DNA of 64,000 bases, from the NCBI GenBank assembly GCA_965277805.1, contig OZ255842.1:3712001-3776000 (forward strand), read 5' to 3'. Position 1 is the first letter of the stretch. Each line of letters begins with the position of its first letter. Origin of the DNA: Candidatus Lustribacter sp. Lineage in GTDB: Bacteria; Vulcanimicrobiota; Vulcanimicrobiia; Vulcanimicrobiales; Vulcanimicrobiaceae. This document shows positions 19,011 through 28,341 of the stretch, one piece after another. The notes beneath the pieces were generated by a model. It ran no database searches, had not been told where the DNA came from, and saw only the letters and a list, made by a program, of their open reading frames with translations. The position numbers were made by a program, and so were the translations under genes.

Positions 19011-20201
19011 ATGTTGCGCATCGTCGGACTCGGTCCGGGCGACCCCGATCTCCTCACCCTCGGCAGCCGGGAGGCGATGCGCGCCGTCGGGCGTGCCGTC
19101 ACCGTGCTTGCTCCGCCGGACCTCGTCCTCTTCCTCGAGAGCGAGGGGGTGGCGATTCTGCGCGGGCTGATCACCGATCAGCCGCTGTTCATTCGCGGCT
19201 CGAGCGAGGTGATCGACGGGTTCGTCGAGCGGCTCGACGATAGCGATCTCGCGCTTGGGATTCTCGGCAACCCGCTCTCCGATTTCGCCGGCCTGCCGAT
19301 TCTGCTGCGCGCGCTCGAGCGGCGCCGGATCGTCGCGGAGATCGTGCCCGGCATGCCGCGCGCCACGCTTTCGGCGTCGATCACGATGCCGCTGTTGCCG
19401 CTGCCGCCGGGCTCGAGCCATCAGAACTGGGACGATCTCATCCAGATCATGGCGCGGCTGCGCCGCTCGTGTCCGTGGGATCGCGAACAGACGCACGAGT
19501 CGCTGGTGCGCTATCTCGTCGAGGAAACGTACGAGGTCGTCGACGCGATCGAAAGCGGCGAAGAAGCGGAGTTGTGCGAGGAACTCGGCGACCTTCTCTT
19601 CCAGGTCGTCTTTCACGCGCAGCTGGCGACGGAACGCGGGAAGTTTTCGGTGGCCGACGTCGTCGACGCGCTCTCGAACAAGATGATCCGCCGTCACCCG
19701 CACGTGTTCGGTGACGTTGCGGCCGCCAACGTGGCGGAAGTGTGGCAGAACTGGGACCAGCTCAAGTCGCAAGAACCCTCGAGCGCCTCGCGCACCTCGA
19801 AGCTCGACGGCATCCCCAACGGTATGCCGGCCTTGCAGCGCGGCCAGAAGATGCAAGAGAAGGCCGCGCGCGTTGGTTTCGACTGGGTCGACGCGCGCCA
19901 GATCACGGAGAAGCTCGCCGAGGAACTGCGCGAGTTTGCCGACGCACGCGCGCAAGCGACCAAGCCGGTCTACGAAGACCCGCACGTCCGCGAAGAACTC
20001 GGCGACGTGCTGTTCACGGTCGTGAACCTCGCGCGCCGGCTGAACATCGACGCCGAAGGCGCCATGCGCGACGCCAACACGAAATTCGACCGCCGCTTCC
20101 GCTACATGGAGCAATACGCGCTCGCCAGCGGCCGCGAACTCGGCGACATGACCCTCGACGAACTCGAAGACCTCTGGCAGGCCGCAAAAACCGCAGCGTG
20201 A
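19011..20201 (+). CDS. mazG: YabN-like fusion: degenerate tetrapyrrole-methylase domain plus MazG nucleoside triphosphate pyrophosphohydrolase
   Basis: IVGLGPGDPDLLT; CPWDREQTHESL, EELGDLL, KMIRRHPHVFG, KFDRRF. Confidence 0.9.
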   Translation: MLRIVGLGPGDPDLLTLGSREAMRAVGRAVTVLAPPDLVLFLESEGVAILRGLITDQPLFIRGSSEVIDGFVERLDDSDLALGILGNPLSDFAGLPILLRALERRRIVAEIVPGMPRATLSASITMPLLPLPPGSSHQNWDDLIQIMARLRRSCPWDREQTHESLVRYLVEETYEVVDAIESGEEAELCEELGDLLFQVVFHAQLATERGKFSVADVVDALSNKMIRRHPHVFGDVAAANVAEVWQNWDQLKSQEPSSASRTSKLDGIPNGMPALQRGQKMQEKAARVGFDWVDARQITEKLAEELREFADARAQATKPVYEDPHVREELGDVLFTVVNLARRLNIDAEGAMRDANTKFDRRFRYMEQYALASGRELGDMTLDELEDLWQAAKTAA

Positions 20202-20207
20202 GCCTCG

Positions 20208-20245
20208 CTGTCATCCCGAGCTTGTCGAGGGACCGCCACAATCGC
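20208..20245 (+). repeat. REP-like repeat type A
   Basis: CTGTCATCCCGAGCTTGTCGAGGGACCGCCACAATCGC; first 32 bp identical to the reverse complement of 60152-60183. Confidence 0.9.
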
Positions 20246-20369
20246 TAATATCCTCAAGGCTCTCCCGGTTCTCCGCGCGCGACTCCGGCCACGCGAACTT
20301 CCGATATTGCGGGCACGCCTGCAGCAGCGCGTTCGGCAAGCGCCGTTGCCCGCCGGCCCATTCGGCCAT

Positions 20370-21578
20370 ATGCGCCGCTGGTGGAACGTGATCAACGCAT
20401 CGGTGGCCGGATTGCGCACGGACCGGTTCATCGATGTGCGCGAGCTGATGCGTTCGACCACGCTGGAAGACCACGTTGCGAGAGCCGACGCGTACTTCGA
20501 CGGCCTTGGACCGAACAGCGTTCACGCGCGCAAACCGTTCGCCGATCCGCTCGAAGCGGAACAGCTCACGCGCGCGCTTACCGTGCTGTTGCCGCACCTC
20601 GATCTTTTTTCCGGCGCGCGCGTTTTGGATTTCGGCGCGGGCACGTGCTGGTCGAGCATGATCTGGGCGTATCTCGGCTGCACCGTGATCGCGACGGATG
20701 TTTCGGCGAACGCGCTGCGCTTCGGCGAGGAACGGCTGCGCGCGGATCCCGTGGCCAAAAATTTGCCCGTGTCGTTCTTGCGCTTCGACGGGCAGCGATT
20801 CGATTTGCCGGATGCGTCGGTCGATCGCATCATCGGCATCGACACGCTGCATCACGTGCTCGATGTGCCGGCGACGCTCGCCGAATTGTCGCGTCTGCTT
20901 GCACCCGGCGGCATCGCGGCGTTCAGCGAACCGGGGCCGCTTCATTCGCTGGGTCCGCAAGCTCAGCACGAGATGGCCGCATTCGGCGTGATCGAGAACG
21001 ACATACGCGTCGCCGGCATCCGCGCGTCGGCGCTGGCGGCGGGCTTTGCGGATATGCGCGTGGCTTGGTTTTCGCCGCAGTCGCGGTTGATGAGCGTCGA
21101 TGAATTCGACAAGCTTGCTGCCGGCCGCGTGTCGGGCCGTGACGCGCGCAAGATCGTGCGTGACATCGCCGGCGATTTGGCAAACATCCGCATCTTTTTC
21201 TTGTACGCTCCTGGTTCGCGCGCGCTCAATAGCCGCGACCGTCAGGGCCTCGCCGCCGAGTTCTCCGGTACTTTGCGCTACGACGGCTCGCGTCTCACCG
21301 GAACGCTGACGGTGAAAAATACGGGCAGCGCAACGTGGCTCCCATCAGGGCCCGATCGCGGCGCAGTCAACGTCGGCGTGCAGCTGCGCGGCGCGGCCCC
21401 CAACAACAATTTCGCGCGAATCCCACTGAGCACAACGCCCGTCGAGCCGGGTCAAAGCGCGAGCGTTGCGATCGACCTGCCGATCGCGCAAGCCGATCGT
21501 ATCGCAATTGATCTCGTTGCCGAGGCGGTCGAATGGTTCGCCAACCTGGGCAACCCCGAACTCATCATCACCCGATAG
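20370..21578 (+). CDS. Class I SAM methyltransferase with C-terminal Ig-like domain
   Basis: VLDFGAGTCW, TDVS, TLHHV, LAPGGIAAFSEP; C-terminal LTVKNTGSATW..DLVAEAVEWF. Start uncertain. Confidence 0.75.
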   Translation: MRRWWNVINASVAGLRTDRFIDVRELMRSTTLEDHVARADAYFDGLGPNSVHARKPFADPLEAEQLTRALTVLLPHLDLFSGARVLDFGAGTCWSSMIWAYLGCTVIATDVSANALRFGEERLRADPVAKNLPVSFLRFDGQRFDLPDASVDRIIGIDTLHHVLDVPATLAELSRLLAPGGIAAFSEPGPLHSLGPQAQHEMAAFGVIENDIRVAGIRASALAAGFADMRVAWFSPQSRLMSVDEFDKLAAGRVSGRDARKIVRDIAGDLANIRIFFLYAPGSRALNSRDRQGLAAEFSGTLRYDGSRLTGTLTVKNTGSATWLPSGPDRGAVNVGVQLRGAAPNNNFARIPLSTTPVEPGQSASVAIDLPIAQADRIAIDLVAEAVEWFANLGNPELIITR

Positions 21579-21605
21579 TCATGGTGTGCTATAACTCGAG
21601 GATGG

Positions 21606-21881
21606 ATGCGACTCGATAAGTATCTTAAGGTCTCGCGGTTGGCGAAGCGGCGGGCTGAGGCGAAAGATGGGATCGAGGCCGGGCGCATCACGCGCGACGG
21701 GCGCGCGCTCAAGCCCGGTTACGAAGTAAAAGTTGGGGACGTGCTGGTGATCCATTACCGCACGAAGTTTCTCACGGTGCGCGTTGCGATGATTCCCGGA
21801 CGCATCCTGCCGTCGCTGAAACCGGCCGAGATGTACGAGATCGTCGACGAACGCAAGGACGACGCGCGCGATTGGCTCTGA
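21606..21881 (+). CDS. S4 RNA-binding protein (YabO/RqcP-like)
   Basis: MRLDKYLKVSRL.KRR, KPGYEVKVGD; near mazG/yabN. Confidence 0.9.
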   Translation: MRLDKYLKVSRLAKRRAEAKDGIEAGRITRDGRALKPGYEVKVGDVLVIHYRTKFLTVRVAMIPGRILPSLKPAEMYEIVDERKDDARDWL

Positions 21882-22768
21882 CGCGTTCGAGTCTCTCGAT
21901 CGATACGAAGGATGCGCTCGCGCGCGACGTTCCGGCCGCGCCGCATTGCCGCGCTGCCCTGCGTGACGGGCTGGCGTACTTCGCGGGTGCCGACGCCGCG
22001 GGGCGGCACGTCGTGCGCACCCGGCGCTCGTCGATCGCGCGGCTCGTGCGTTCGCTCGCGGGCACGGCCGAGGGCAACGTGCGGCGCACGATCGAGCCGC
22101 GACTCTATCGCAGCACGATGTTCGAGATCGACTCCGACGGCGCGGGGACGCTACCGCCCTGGCCCCGGGCGCGCTGCGACCGGCGCATGGAACTCCGGGC
22201 CGCGTTCTTGGCCTGCGGATCGCTCGCGGCGCCGCAGGCGGGATACCACCTCGAATTCGTGCCGCCGACCCCGGAAGCAGGCGAGCGGATTGCGCGGCTC
22301 ATCCGGGCGGAAGGCGTCGAGGCGCGCACCATGCTGCGCAAGGGCCGGCCGGTGGTCTATCTCAAGGGCCTGGACGCGATCGTGGTCGTGCTTTCCGCGA
22401 TCGGCGCGCACGGCGCCGTCCTCCGGCTCGAAGACGTGCGCGCCCTCAAGGAAACCAAGAACCGCATCCACCGTTTGGTGAACACCGAGACCGCCAACGT
22501 GGTCCGGGCCGCGAGCGCGGCGGCGGCGCAGCGGGACGCGATCGCCTACCTAGCGGATGCCTACGGCCTGCGCAATCTCTCGCCGGCCCTGCGGGAGGCG
22601 GCGCAGCTGCGGCTGTCCCATCCGGAGGAAACGTTGGCCGAGCTGGGCCGCCGCGCGTCCCCGCCGGTGGGAAAAGCGACGATCAACGGCCGGATCGTCG
22701 CGCTGATGCGCCTGGTCCGGCGACTTCGTGAGCCACGCGAACAGGAGCCGCGCACGCATCCGGCTTAG
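21872..22768 (+). CDS. whiA: DNA-binding protein WhiA
   Basis: LRAAFLACGS, GYHLEF, RLVNTETAN, LRLSHPEETLAELG. Confidence 0.88.
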   Translation: MALTRSSLSIDTKDALARDVPAAPHCRAALRDGLAYFAGADAAGRHVVRTRRSSIARLVRSLAGTAEGNVRRTIEPRLYRSTMFEIDSDGAGTLPPWPRARCDRRMELRAAFLACGSLAAPQAGYHLEFVPPTPEAGERIARLIRAEGVEARTMLRKGRPVVYLKGLDAIVVVLSAIGAHGAVLRLEDVRALKETKNRIHRLVNTETANVVRAASAAAAQRDAIAYLADAYGLRNLSPALREAAQLRLSHPEETLAELGRRASPPVGKATINGRIVALMRLVRRLREPREQEPRTHPA

Positions 22769-22780
22769 TCACGCTGTCCT

Positions 22781-23794
22781 ATGCGCATTGGTATCAACGG
22801 TTTCGGCCGGATCGGCCGCAATTTCACGAAGTCGCTCCTCGAGCGCCACCCCGACGTCGAGATCGTCGCCGTCAACGATCTGACCAGCGCCAAAGAGTGC
22901 GCGCATCTCTTCAAGTACGATTCGAACTACGGCACGTTCCCGGGGACCGTCACCGCGACGGAAAGCGGGATCACGATTGACGGCAAGTCGATCAAGGTGC
23001 TGGCCGAACGCGATCCGGGCAAGCTGCCGTGGAAGGATCTCGGCGTCGACGTCGTCGTCGAATCGACCGGCCTCTTCACCAAGGCCGAGAAGGCGCGCGC
23101 CCACATCGACGGCGGCGGCGCGAAGAAAGTGATCATCTCGGCGCCCGCGACCGGCGACGACATCACGATCGTGCTGGGCGTGAACGACAAAGACTACGAT
23201 CCTGCCAAACATCACATCATCTCGAACGCGTCGTGCACGACGAACTGCCTCGGGCCCGCGGTGAAAGTCGTCGTCGACGAACTCGGCTGGGTGAAGGCGT
23301 TCATGTCGACGATTCACTCCTACACGAACGACCAGAACATCCTCGATGCGCCGCACAGCGATGCGCGTCGCGCGCGCAACGCCGCCACCAACATCATCCC
23401 GACGTCGACCGGCGCGGCCAAGGCGCTGTACCTGACGATTCCGGAAGTGAAGGGCGCTTTCGACGGCTTCGCGCTGCGCGTGCCGACGCCGACCGTGTCG
23501 ATGGTCTACCTCGTCGCGGTGACGAAAAAGGCCACCACCAAAGACGAGCTCAACGCGATGCTCAAGAAAGCCGCCGACGGCCCGCTGAAGCACGTGCTGC
23601 AGTATACCGAGGAAGAACTCGTTTCAGCCGATTTCAAGCGCAATCCGTATAGCTCGATCGTCGACAGCAAGCTGACCAACGCGCAAGGCGATCTCATTCA
23701 ACTCGGGCTCTGGTATGACAACGAATGGGGCTACTCGTGCCGTCTCGCCGACGTCACGTCGATGGTCCTGAAGAAGATGCCGGCCGCGGTCTGA
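22781..23794 (+). CDS. gap: Glyceraldehyde-3-phosphate dehydrogenase type I
   Basis: [29 protein letters not shown]. Confidence 0.98.
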   Translation: MRIGINGFGRIGRNFTKSLLERHPDVEIVAVNDLTSAKECAHLFKYDSNYGTFPGTVTATESGITIDGKSIKVLAERDPGKLPWKDLGVDVVVESTGLFTKAEKARAHIDGGGAKKVIISAPATGDDITIVLGVNDKDYDPAKHHIISNASCTTNCLGPAVKVVVDELGWVKAFMSTIHSYTNDQNILDAPHSDARRARNAATNIIPTSTGAAKALYLTIPEVKGAFDGFALRVPTPTVSMVYLVAVTKKATTKDELNAMLKKAADGPLKHVLQYTEEELVSADFKRNPYSSIVDSKLTNAQGDLIQLGLWYDNEWGYSCRLADVTSMVLKKMPAAV

Positions 23795-23795
23795 T

Positions 23796-24980
23796 TTGAC
23801 GTTTCGGACGTTGCGCGACGCGGGCGACGTCCGCGGCAAGCGCGTATTGCTCCGCGAAGACCTCAACGTCCCGATGAAGGACGGCAAGGTCGGCGATGAG
23901 ACGCGCATCGTCGCGTCGCTCGAGACGCTGCGTTGGCTCAGCCAGCGCGGCGCCAAGACGATCATCCTCTCGCATCTCGGACGGCCCGACGGGAAGCCCG
24001 ATCCGAAGTATTCGCTACGGCCCGTCGCGGCGCGGCTCGGCGAGCGGCTCGGCATGCCGGTCGCGTTCGTCGACGACTGCGTCGGCGCGGCGGCCGTCGC
24101 CGCCTCGCGCGCAGTTCCCGATGGCGGTTTCGTGCTGTTCGAAAACGTGCGCTTTCACCCCGAAGAAGAGACGAACGATCCGGCGTTCGCGCGCGACCTC
24201 GCGCAGAGCGGCGACCTCTACGTCAACGACGCCTTCGGCACGGCGCACCGCGCGCACGCCTCGACGGTCGGCGTTGCGAGCGATCTGCCGGCCTATGCGG
24301 GCTTGCTCATGGAAGCCGAACTCGCCGCGCTCACGAAACTGACCGTGAACCCGGTGAAGCCGTTCGTGTGCGCGATCGGCGGCGCGAAAGTGGCCGACAA
24401 GGTCGGCGTGTTCGAGAACCTGCTCGCACGCGTCAGCTCGTTCGTCATCGGCGGCGGCATGGCCAACACATTTCTCGCCGCACAAGGGATCGACGTCGGC
24501 AAGTCGCTGCGCGATCCCGATCTCGGTCCCGCGAAATCGATCATCGAACACGCCAAGGCCAAGGACGTGACCCTGCATCTGCCGACCGATGCGGTGGTGG
24601 CCGATGCGTTCGACGCCGATGCGACGGCCCAAACGGTGGCGCTGAAAGACGTCGGCGCGAGAATGATCCTCGACATCGGGCCCGAGACCGCGAAGGCGTA
24701 CGCGGCCGTGTTGCGCGCGGCCAAGACGATCGTGTTCAACGGTCCGATGGGCGTGTATGAAAAGGCGCCGTACCAGAACGGCACGCGCACGATCGGCGAA
24801 GCGATCGCAGCGGCCACCCGCGACGGCGCAATCAGCGTCGTCGGCGGCGGCGATGCGGCCGCGGCGGCAGCCGAGCTCGGCTTCGCGGGTGCGATGACGC
24901 ACGTATCGACCGGCGGCGGCGCGACGCTCGAGTTTCTCGAGGGCAAGACGTTGCCCGGCGTCGCCGCGCTCGAGCACTAA
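23796..24980 (+). CDS. pgk: Phosphoglycerate kinase
   Basis: DLNVP, SHLGRP, NDAFGTAHRAHAS, STGGGA. Confidence 0.98.
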   Translation: MTFRTLRDAGDVRGKRVLLREDLNVPMKDGKVGDETRIVASLETLRWLSQRGAKTIILSHLGRPDGKPDPKYSLRPVAARLGERLGMPVAFVDDCVGAAAVAASRAVPDGGFVLFENVRFHPEEETNDPAFARDLAQSGDLYVNDAFGTAHRAHASTVGVASDLPAYAGLLMEAELAALTKLTVNPVKPFVCAIGGAKVADKVGVFENLLARVSSFVIGGGMANTFLAAQGIDVGKSLRDPDLGPAKSIIEHAKAKDVTLHLPTDAVVADAFDADATAQTVALKDVGARMILDIGPETAKAYAAVLRAAKTIVFNGPMGVYEKAPYQNGTRTIGEAIAAATRDGAISVVGGGDAAAAAAELGFAGAMTHVSTGGGATLEFLEGKTLPGVAALEH

Positions 24981-24986
24981 CGGCAC

Positions 24987-25739
24987 ATGTTTGCAGAACG
25001 TCCGCTCGTCGCGGGCAACTGGAAGATGCACAAAACGCTCGGCGAGTCGGTCGCGTTCGTCGAGGAATTCCTCGCGTTCGACCCCGATTTCGCAGCGGTC
25101 GACGCCGTGATCTTTCCGCCGTTCACCGCGCTCTTCGCCGCCTTCGAAGCGTTGTCCGGAAGCCGGCTCGGGCTCGGCGGTCAAACGATGTGCGATCGCG
25201 ACAGCGGTGCGTACACCGGCGAAATCAGTCCGGTGATGCTGCTCGATTGCGGTGCGCGCTGGGTGATCCTCGGCCACTCCGAGCGCCGCATGTACAACGG
25301 CGAAACCGACGCAGCGGTCAACCGGAAAGTTCACACCGCGCTGCGCTTGGGCATCACGCCGATCGTCGCCGTCGGCGAGTCGGCTGAGGATCATGCCGCG
25401 GGACGCACGCACGCGCACGTCGTGCAGCAAATCACCGCCGCGTTCCAGGACGTGACGCCCGACGATGTAGCGCGCTGTGTCGTGGCCTACGAACCGATTT
25501 GGGCGATCGGCACCGGACTGACGGATAGCCCTGAGGGAGCAAACGGCGTAATGGCACAAATTCGCGGGGCGGTGGCCGGCCTCGAGCAGACGCGCATCCT
25601 TTACGGCGGCAGCGTGAGGCCCGAAAACATCGGCGCGCTGGTTGCGCAACCGCACATCGACGGCGCGCTCGTCGGCGGAGCGAGCCTGCTCCCGCGATCG
25701 TTCTACGATTTGATGGTTAACGCGCGAGCGCAGCTATGA
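24987..25739 (+). CDS. tpiA: Triosephosphate isomerase
   Basis: AGNWKM, GHSERR, AYEPIWAIGTG, YGGSV. Confidence 0.98.
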   Translation: MFAERPLVAGNWKMHKTLGESVAFVEEFLAFDPDFAAVDAVIFPPFTALFAAFEALSGSRLGLGGQTMCDRDSGAYTGEISPVMLLDCGARWVILGHSERRMYNGETDAAVNRKVHTALRLGITPIVAVGESAEDHAAGRTHAHVVQQITAAFQDVTPDDVARCVVAYEPIWAIGTGLTDSPEGANGVMAQIRGAVAGLEQTRILYGGSVRPENIGALVAQPHIDGALVGGASLLPRSFYDLMVNARAQL

Positions 25740-27274
25740 GCCGCCGTCCGCCGCTGGTGCTCGCGATTCTCGACGGCTGGGGGCTACGCGCGGATCCCTA
25801 CGGCAACCCGATCGCGAAAGCCGAACTGCCGAATTGGCAGCGCATGCTCGAACGCTATCCGCATACCGCGCTCGAGGCCAGCGGCGAAGCGGTGGGCTTG
25901 CCCGCCGGCGTGATGGGCAACAGCGAAGTCGGCCACATCAACATCGGCAGCGGCCGCATCGTCCCGCAAGGCTTGGTCGTGATCGATGCTGCGGTGACCG
26001 ACGGAACGTTCGCGACCAACGCGACGCTGCAAGCCTGCATCGATCACGTGAAGGCGAGCGGTGGAACGCTGCACTTCTTCGGCCTGCTCTCCGACGGCCG
26101 CGTGCACAGTTCGCTCGATCACCTCGAAGCGCTGATCGACGCGTGCGGAAAAGCCGGCACGCCGTTCGCGATCGACGCCTTTCTCGACGGCCGCGATACG
26201 CCGCCGCGTTCCGCGCAGAACTACCTCGACCGCATTCAGGCCTACCTCGACGCGCACCATAGTCCGGGCCGGTTCACCAGCATCTGCGGACGGTACTACG
26301 CGATGGATCGCGACAAGCGCTGGGAGCGCATCGAGAAAGCCTACGCGATGCTCACCGGCGGCGAAGCCCACCATGCCGCTACGGCGAGCGAAGCGCTCGC
26401 GGCCGCATACGAGCGCGACGAGAACGATGAGTTCGTGCTGCCGACGACCGTCGGCGAGGCAAAGCCCGTCGTCGACGGCGATGCGGTGATCTTCTTTAAC
26501 TTCCGGCCCGATCGCGGCCGCGAACTCACGCTTGCGTTTTCCGACGCGCACTTCAACCACTTCCCGGTCAAGCCGTTCGTGAACCTCATGTTCGCGACGA
26601 TGACGCGGTATGAAGACGAGTTTCCGAATCCGATTCTCTTCGGGCCGCGGCCGCAATCGCGCACGTTCGGCGAGATCGTTTCCGAAGCGGGGCTCTCGCA
26701 GTTGCGTCTCGCCGAGACCGAAAAATATGCGCACGTCACGTATTTTTTCAACGGCGGACGCGAAGCGGTGTTTCCCGACGAAGATCGCGTGCTGATCCCG
26801 TCGAATCGGTCGGTCGCGACGTACGATCTGGCGCCGGAGATGTCTGCCAGCGACATCACCAGCACCGCGGTCGAAGATGTTGCTCGGGGACACCACGACG
26901 TGATCGTCATGAACTATGCGAACGCCGACATGGTCGGTCACACCGGCGTGTGGGATGCGACGGTCTCGGCATTGGAGACGCTCGACCAATGTTTGGGACG
27001 GCTCGATCACGCCGTGCGCAAAGCCGGCGGCATCCTCGCGGTCACGTCCGATCACGGCAACGCTGAAGAAAAACTCGACGCGGACGGCAACGTGCTGACC
27101 GCGCACACGACGAATCCGGTGCCGTTCGTGCTGATCAGCGATCCGCCGCTGGGTACCTTGAAAAGCGGCGGACGTCTCGGCGATATTGCGCCGACGCTGC
27201 TGCCGCTGCTCGGCCTCGCCGTGCCGCCGGAAATGACCGGCACGAACTTGCTCACCCCGGCCGCTCCGGCGTGA
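25736..27274 (+). CDS. gpmI: 2,3-bisphosphoglycerate-independent phosphoglycerate mutase
   Basis: ILDGWG, MGNSEVGH, GRYYAMDRD, AETEKYAHVT, DMVGHTG, SDHGN. Confidence 0.97.
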   Translation: MSRRPPLVLAILDGWGLRADPYGNPIAKAELPNWQRMLERYPHTALEASGEAVGLPAGVMGNSEVGHINIGSGRIVPQGLVVIDAAVTDGTFATNATLQACIDHVKASGGTLHFFGLLSDGRVHSSLDHLEALIDACGKAGTPFAIDAFLDGRDTPPRSAQNYLDRIQAYLDAHHSPGRFTSICGRYYAMDRDKRWERIEKAYAMLTGGEAHHAATASEALAAAYERDENDEFVLPTTVGEAKPVVDGDAVIFFNFRPDRGRELTLAFSDAHFNHFPVKPFVNLMFATMTRYEDEFPNPILFGPRPQSRTFGEIVSEAGLSQLRLAETEKYAHVTYFFNGGREAVFPDEDRVLIPSNRSVATYDLAPEMSASDITSTAVEDVARGHHDVIVMNYANADMVGHTGVWDATVSALETLDQCLGRLDHAVRKAGGILAVTSDHGNAEEKLDADGNVLTAHTTNPVPFVLISDPPLGTLKSGGRLGDIAPTLLPLLGLAVPPEMTGTNLLTPAAPA

Positions 27275-28140
27275 AACGCAAGAAGCTCGACGAGGCCGCC
27301 GACCTGCTGCGCGAACGCGCCGGCGGCACGCTCGACGCAGCGATCATCCTGGGCTCGGGTTTCGGCGGCGTGTTGCGCGACCGGATCTCGGCGACGCCGG
27401 TCGCCTACAAGAAGATCGGCATGCCGGAACCGACGGTTCCCGGGCACGCCGGCGAGGCACTCGTCGGACAACTACACGGCCGCCGCATCGTTGCGTTTAG
27501 CGGCCGTTTTCATCTCTACGAGGGCTACGAGCCGCTCGAGGTCGTGTATCCGGTCGCCGTTGCGGCGCACGCCGGCGCGAAGACGATCGTGTTGACCAAC
27601 GCGGCGGGCGGCGTGAACGCCGGCTTTCATCCCGGCGATCTGATGCTGATCGTCGATCAGCTCAACCTCACCGGCCGCAGCCCGCTCGTCGGCCGCGTGC
27701 CGTTTGCCGGCGTGAAAGACCGCTTCGTCGACATGGTCGACGCATACGATCCGAACTTGTGCAACCTCGCGCGACATGTGGCGACGCAGTATTCGATCGC
27801 GATGCACGACGGCGTCTATGCGGGCCTCGTGGGGCCGGCCTACGAGTCGCCGGCCGAAGCGCGCTTGCTGCGCGTGATGGGTGCCGACGCCGTCGGCATG
27901 TCGACCGTGCTCGAAACGATCGCAGCGCGCGCACTCGGAATGTCGGTGGTGGGCTTCAGCTTGATCACGAACGCGCACCTCACCGGCGAAGCCACCTCGC
28001 ACGCCGCCGTCATCGCCGCCTCGCAGCGCGGCGCCACCGACGTTGCTCAGCTAATCGAGGGGATCGTGGCCAACATCGAAGCACCGCTCCCCGCCACCGT
28101 CGAGTCCCCCGCCAAGACCGAGGACTCCGTCCCAGTATAG
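27271..28140 (+). CDS. punA: Purine-nucleoside phosphorylase (trimeric type)
   Basis: ILGSG, GRFHLYEG, TNAAGG, GPAYESPAE, VGMST. Confidence 0.93.
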   Translation: MKRKKLDEAADLLRERAGGTLDAAIILGSGFGGVLRDRISATPVAYKKIGMPEPTVPGHAGEALVGQLHGRRIVAFSGRFHLYEGYEPLEVVYPVAVAAHAGAKTIVLTNAAGGVNAGFHPGDLMLIVDQLNLTGRSPLVGRVPFAGVKDRFVDMVDAYDPNLCNLARHVATQYSIAMHDGVYAGLVGPAYESPAEARLLRVMGADAVGMSTVLETIAARALGMSVVGFSLITNAHLTGEATSHAAVIAASQRGATDVAQLIEGIVANIEAPLPATVESPAKTEDSVPV

Positions 28141-28155
28141 GCGCACGAGTAGGGT

Positions 28156-28338
28156 ATGGCCGCCAAACGCAAAGTTAAGCCCCCGAAGCCCCGTCTCGAT
28201 CTGCCCTGGACCGAGCTTTCCAAAGCGCAGCAAAACCAGCTGTACACCAACGCCCTGCAAGCCTACACGACGGGCAAAGGGCCGAATCCAGCGACCAAAG
28301 CGGAGTTTTTCCGCGCCAAGGTCGCCGCGAAGGCGTAG
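28156..28338 (+). CDS. Small basic hypothetical protein (60 aa) directly upstream of UbiD
   Basis: Fills the gap between punA and UbiD; stop is 3 nt before the UbiD ATG; Lys-rich. Confidence 0.6.
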   Translation: MAAKRKVKPPKPRLDLPWTELSKAQQNQLYTNALQAYTTGKGPNPATKAEFFRAKVAAKA

Positions 28339-28341
28339 ACA

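Noticed and set aside
20211-20370. Short minus-strand ORF ending PSTSSG as a nuclease remnant
   Set aside because: No GIY-YIG or HUH motif is visible; the ending is just the repeat translation.
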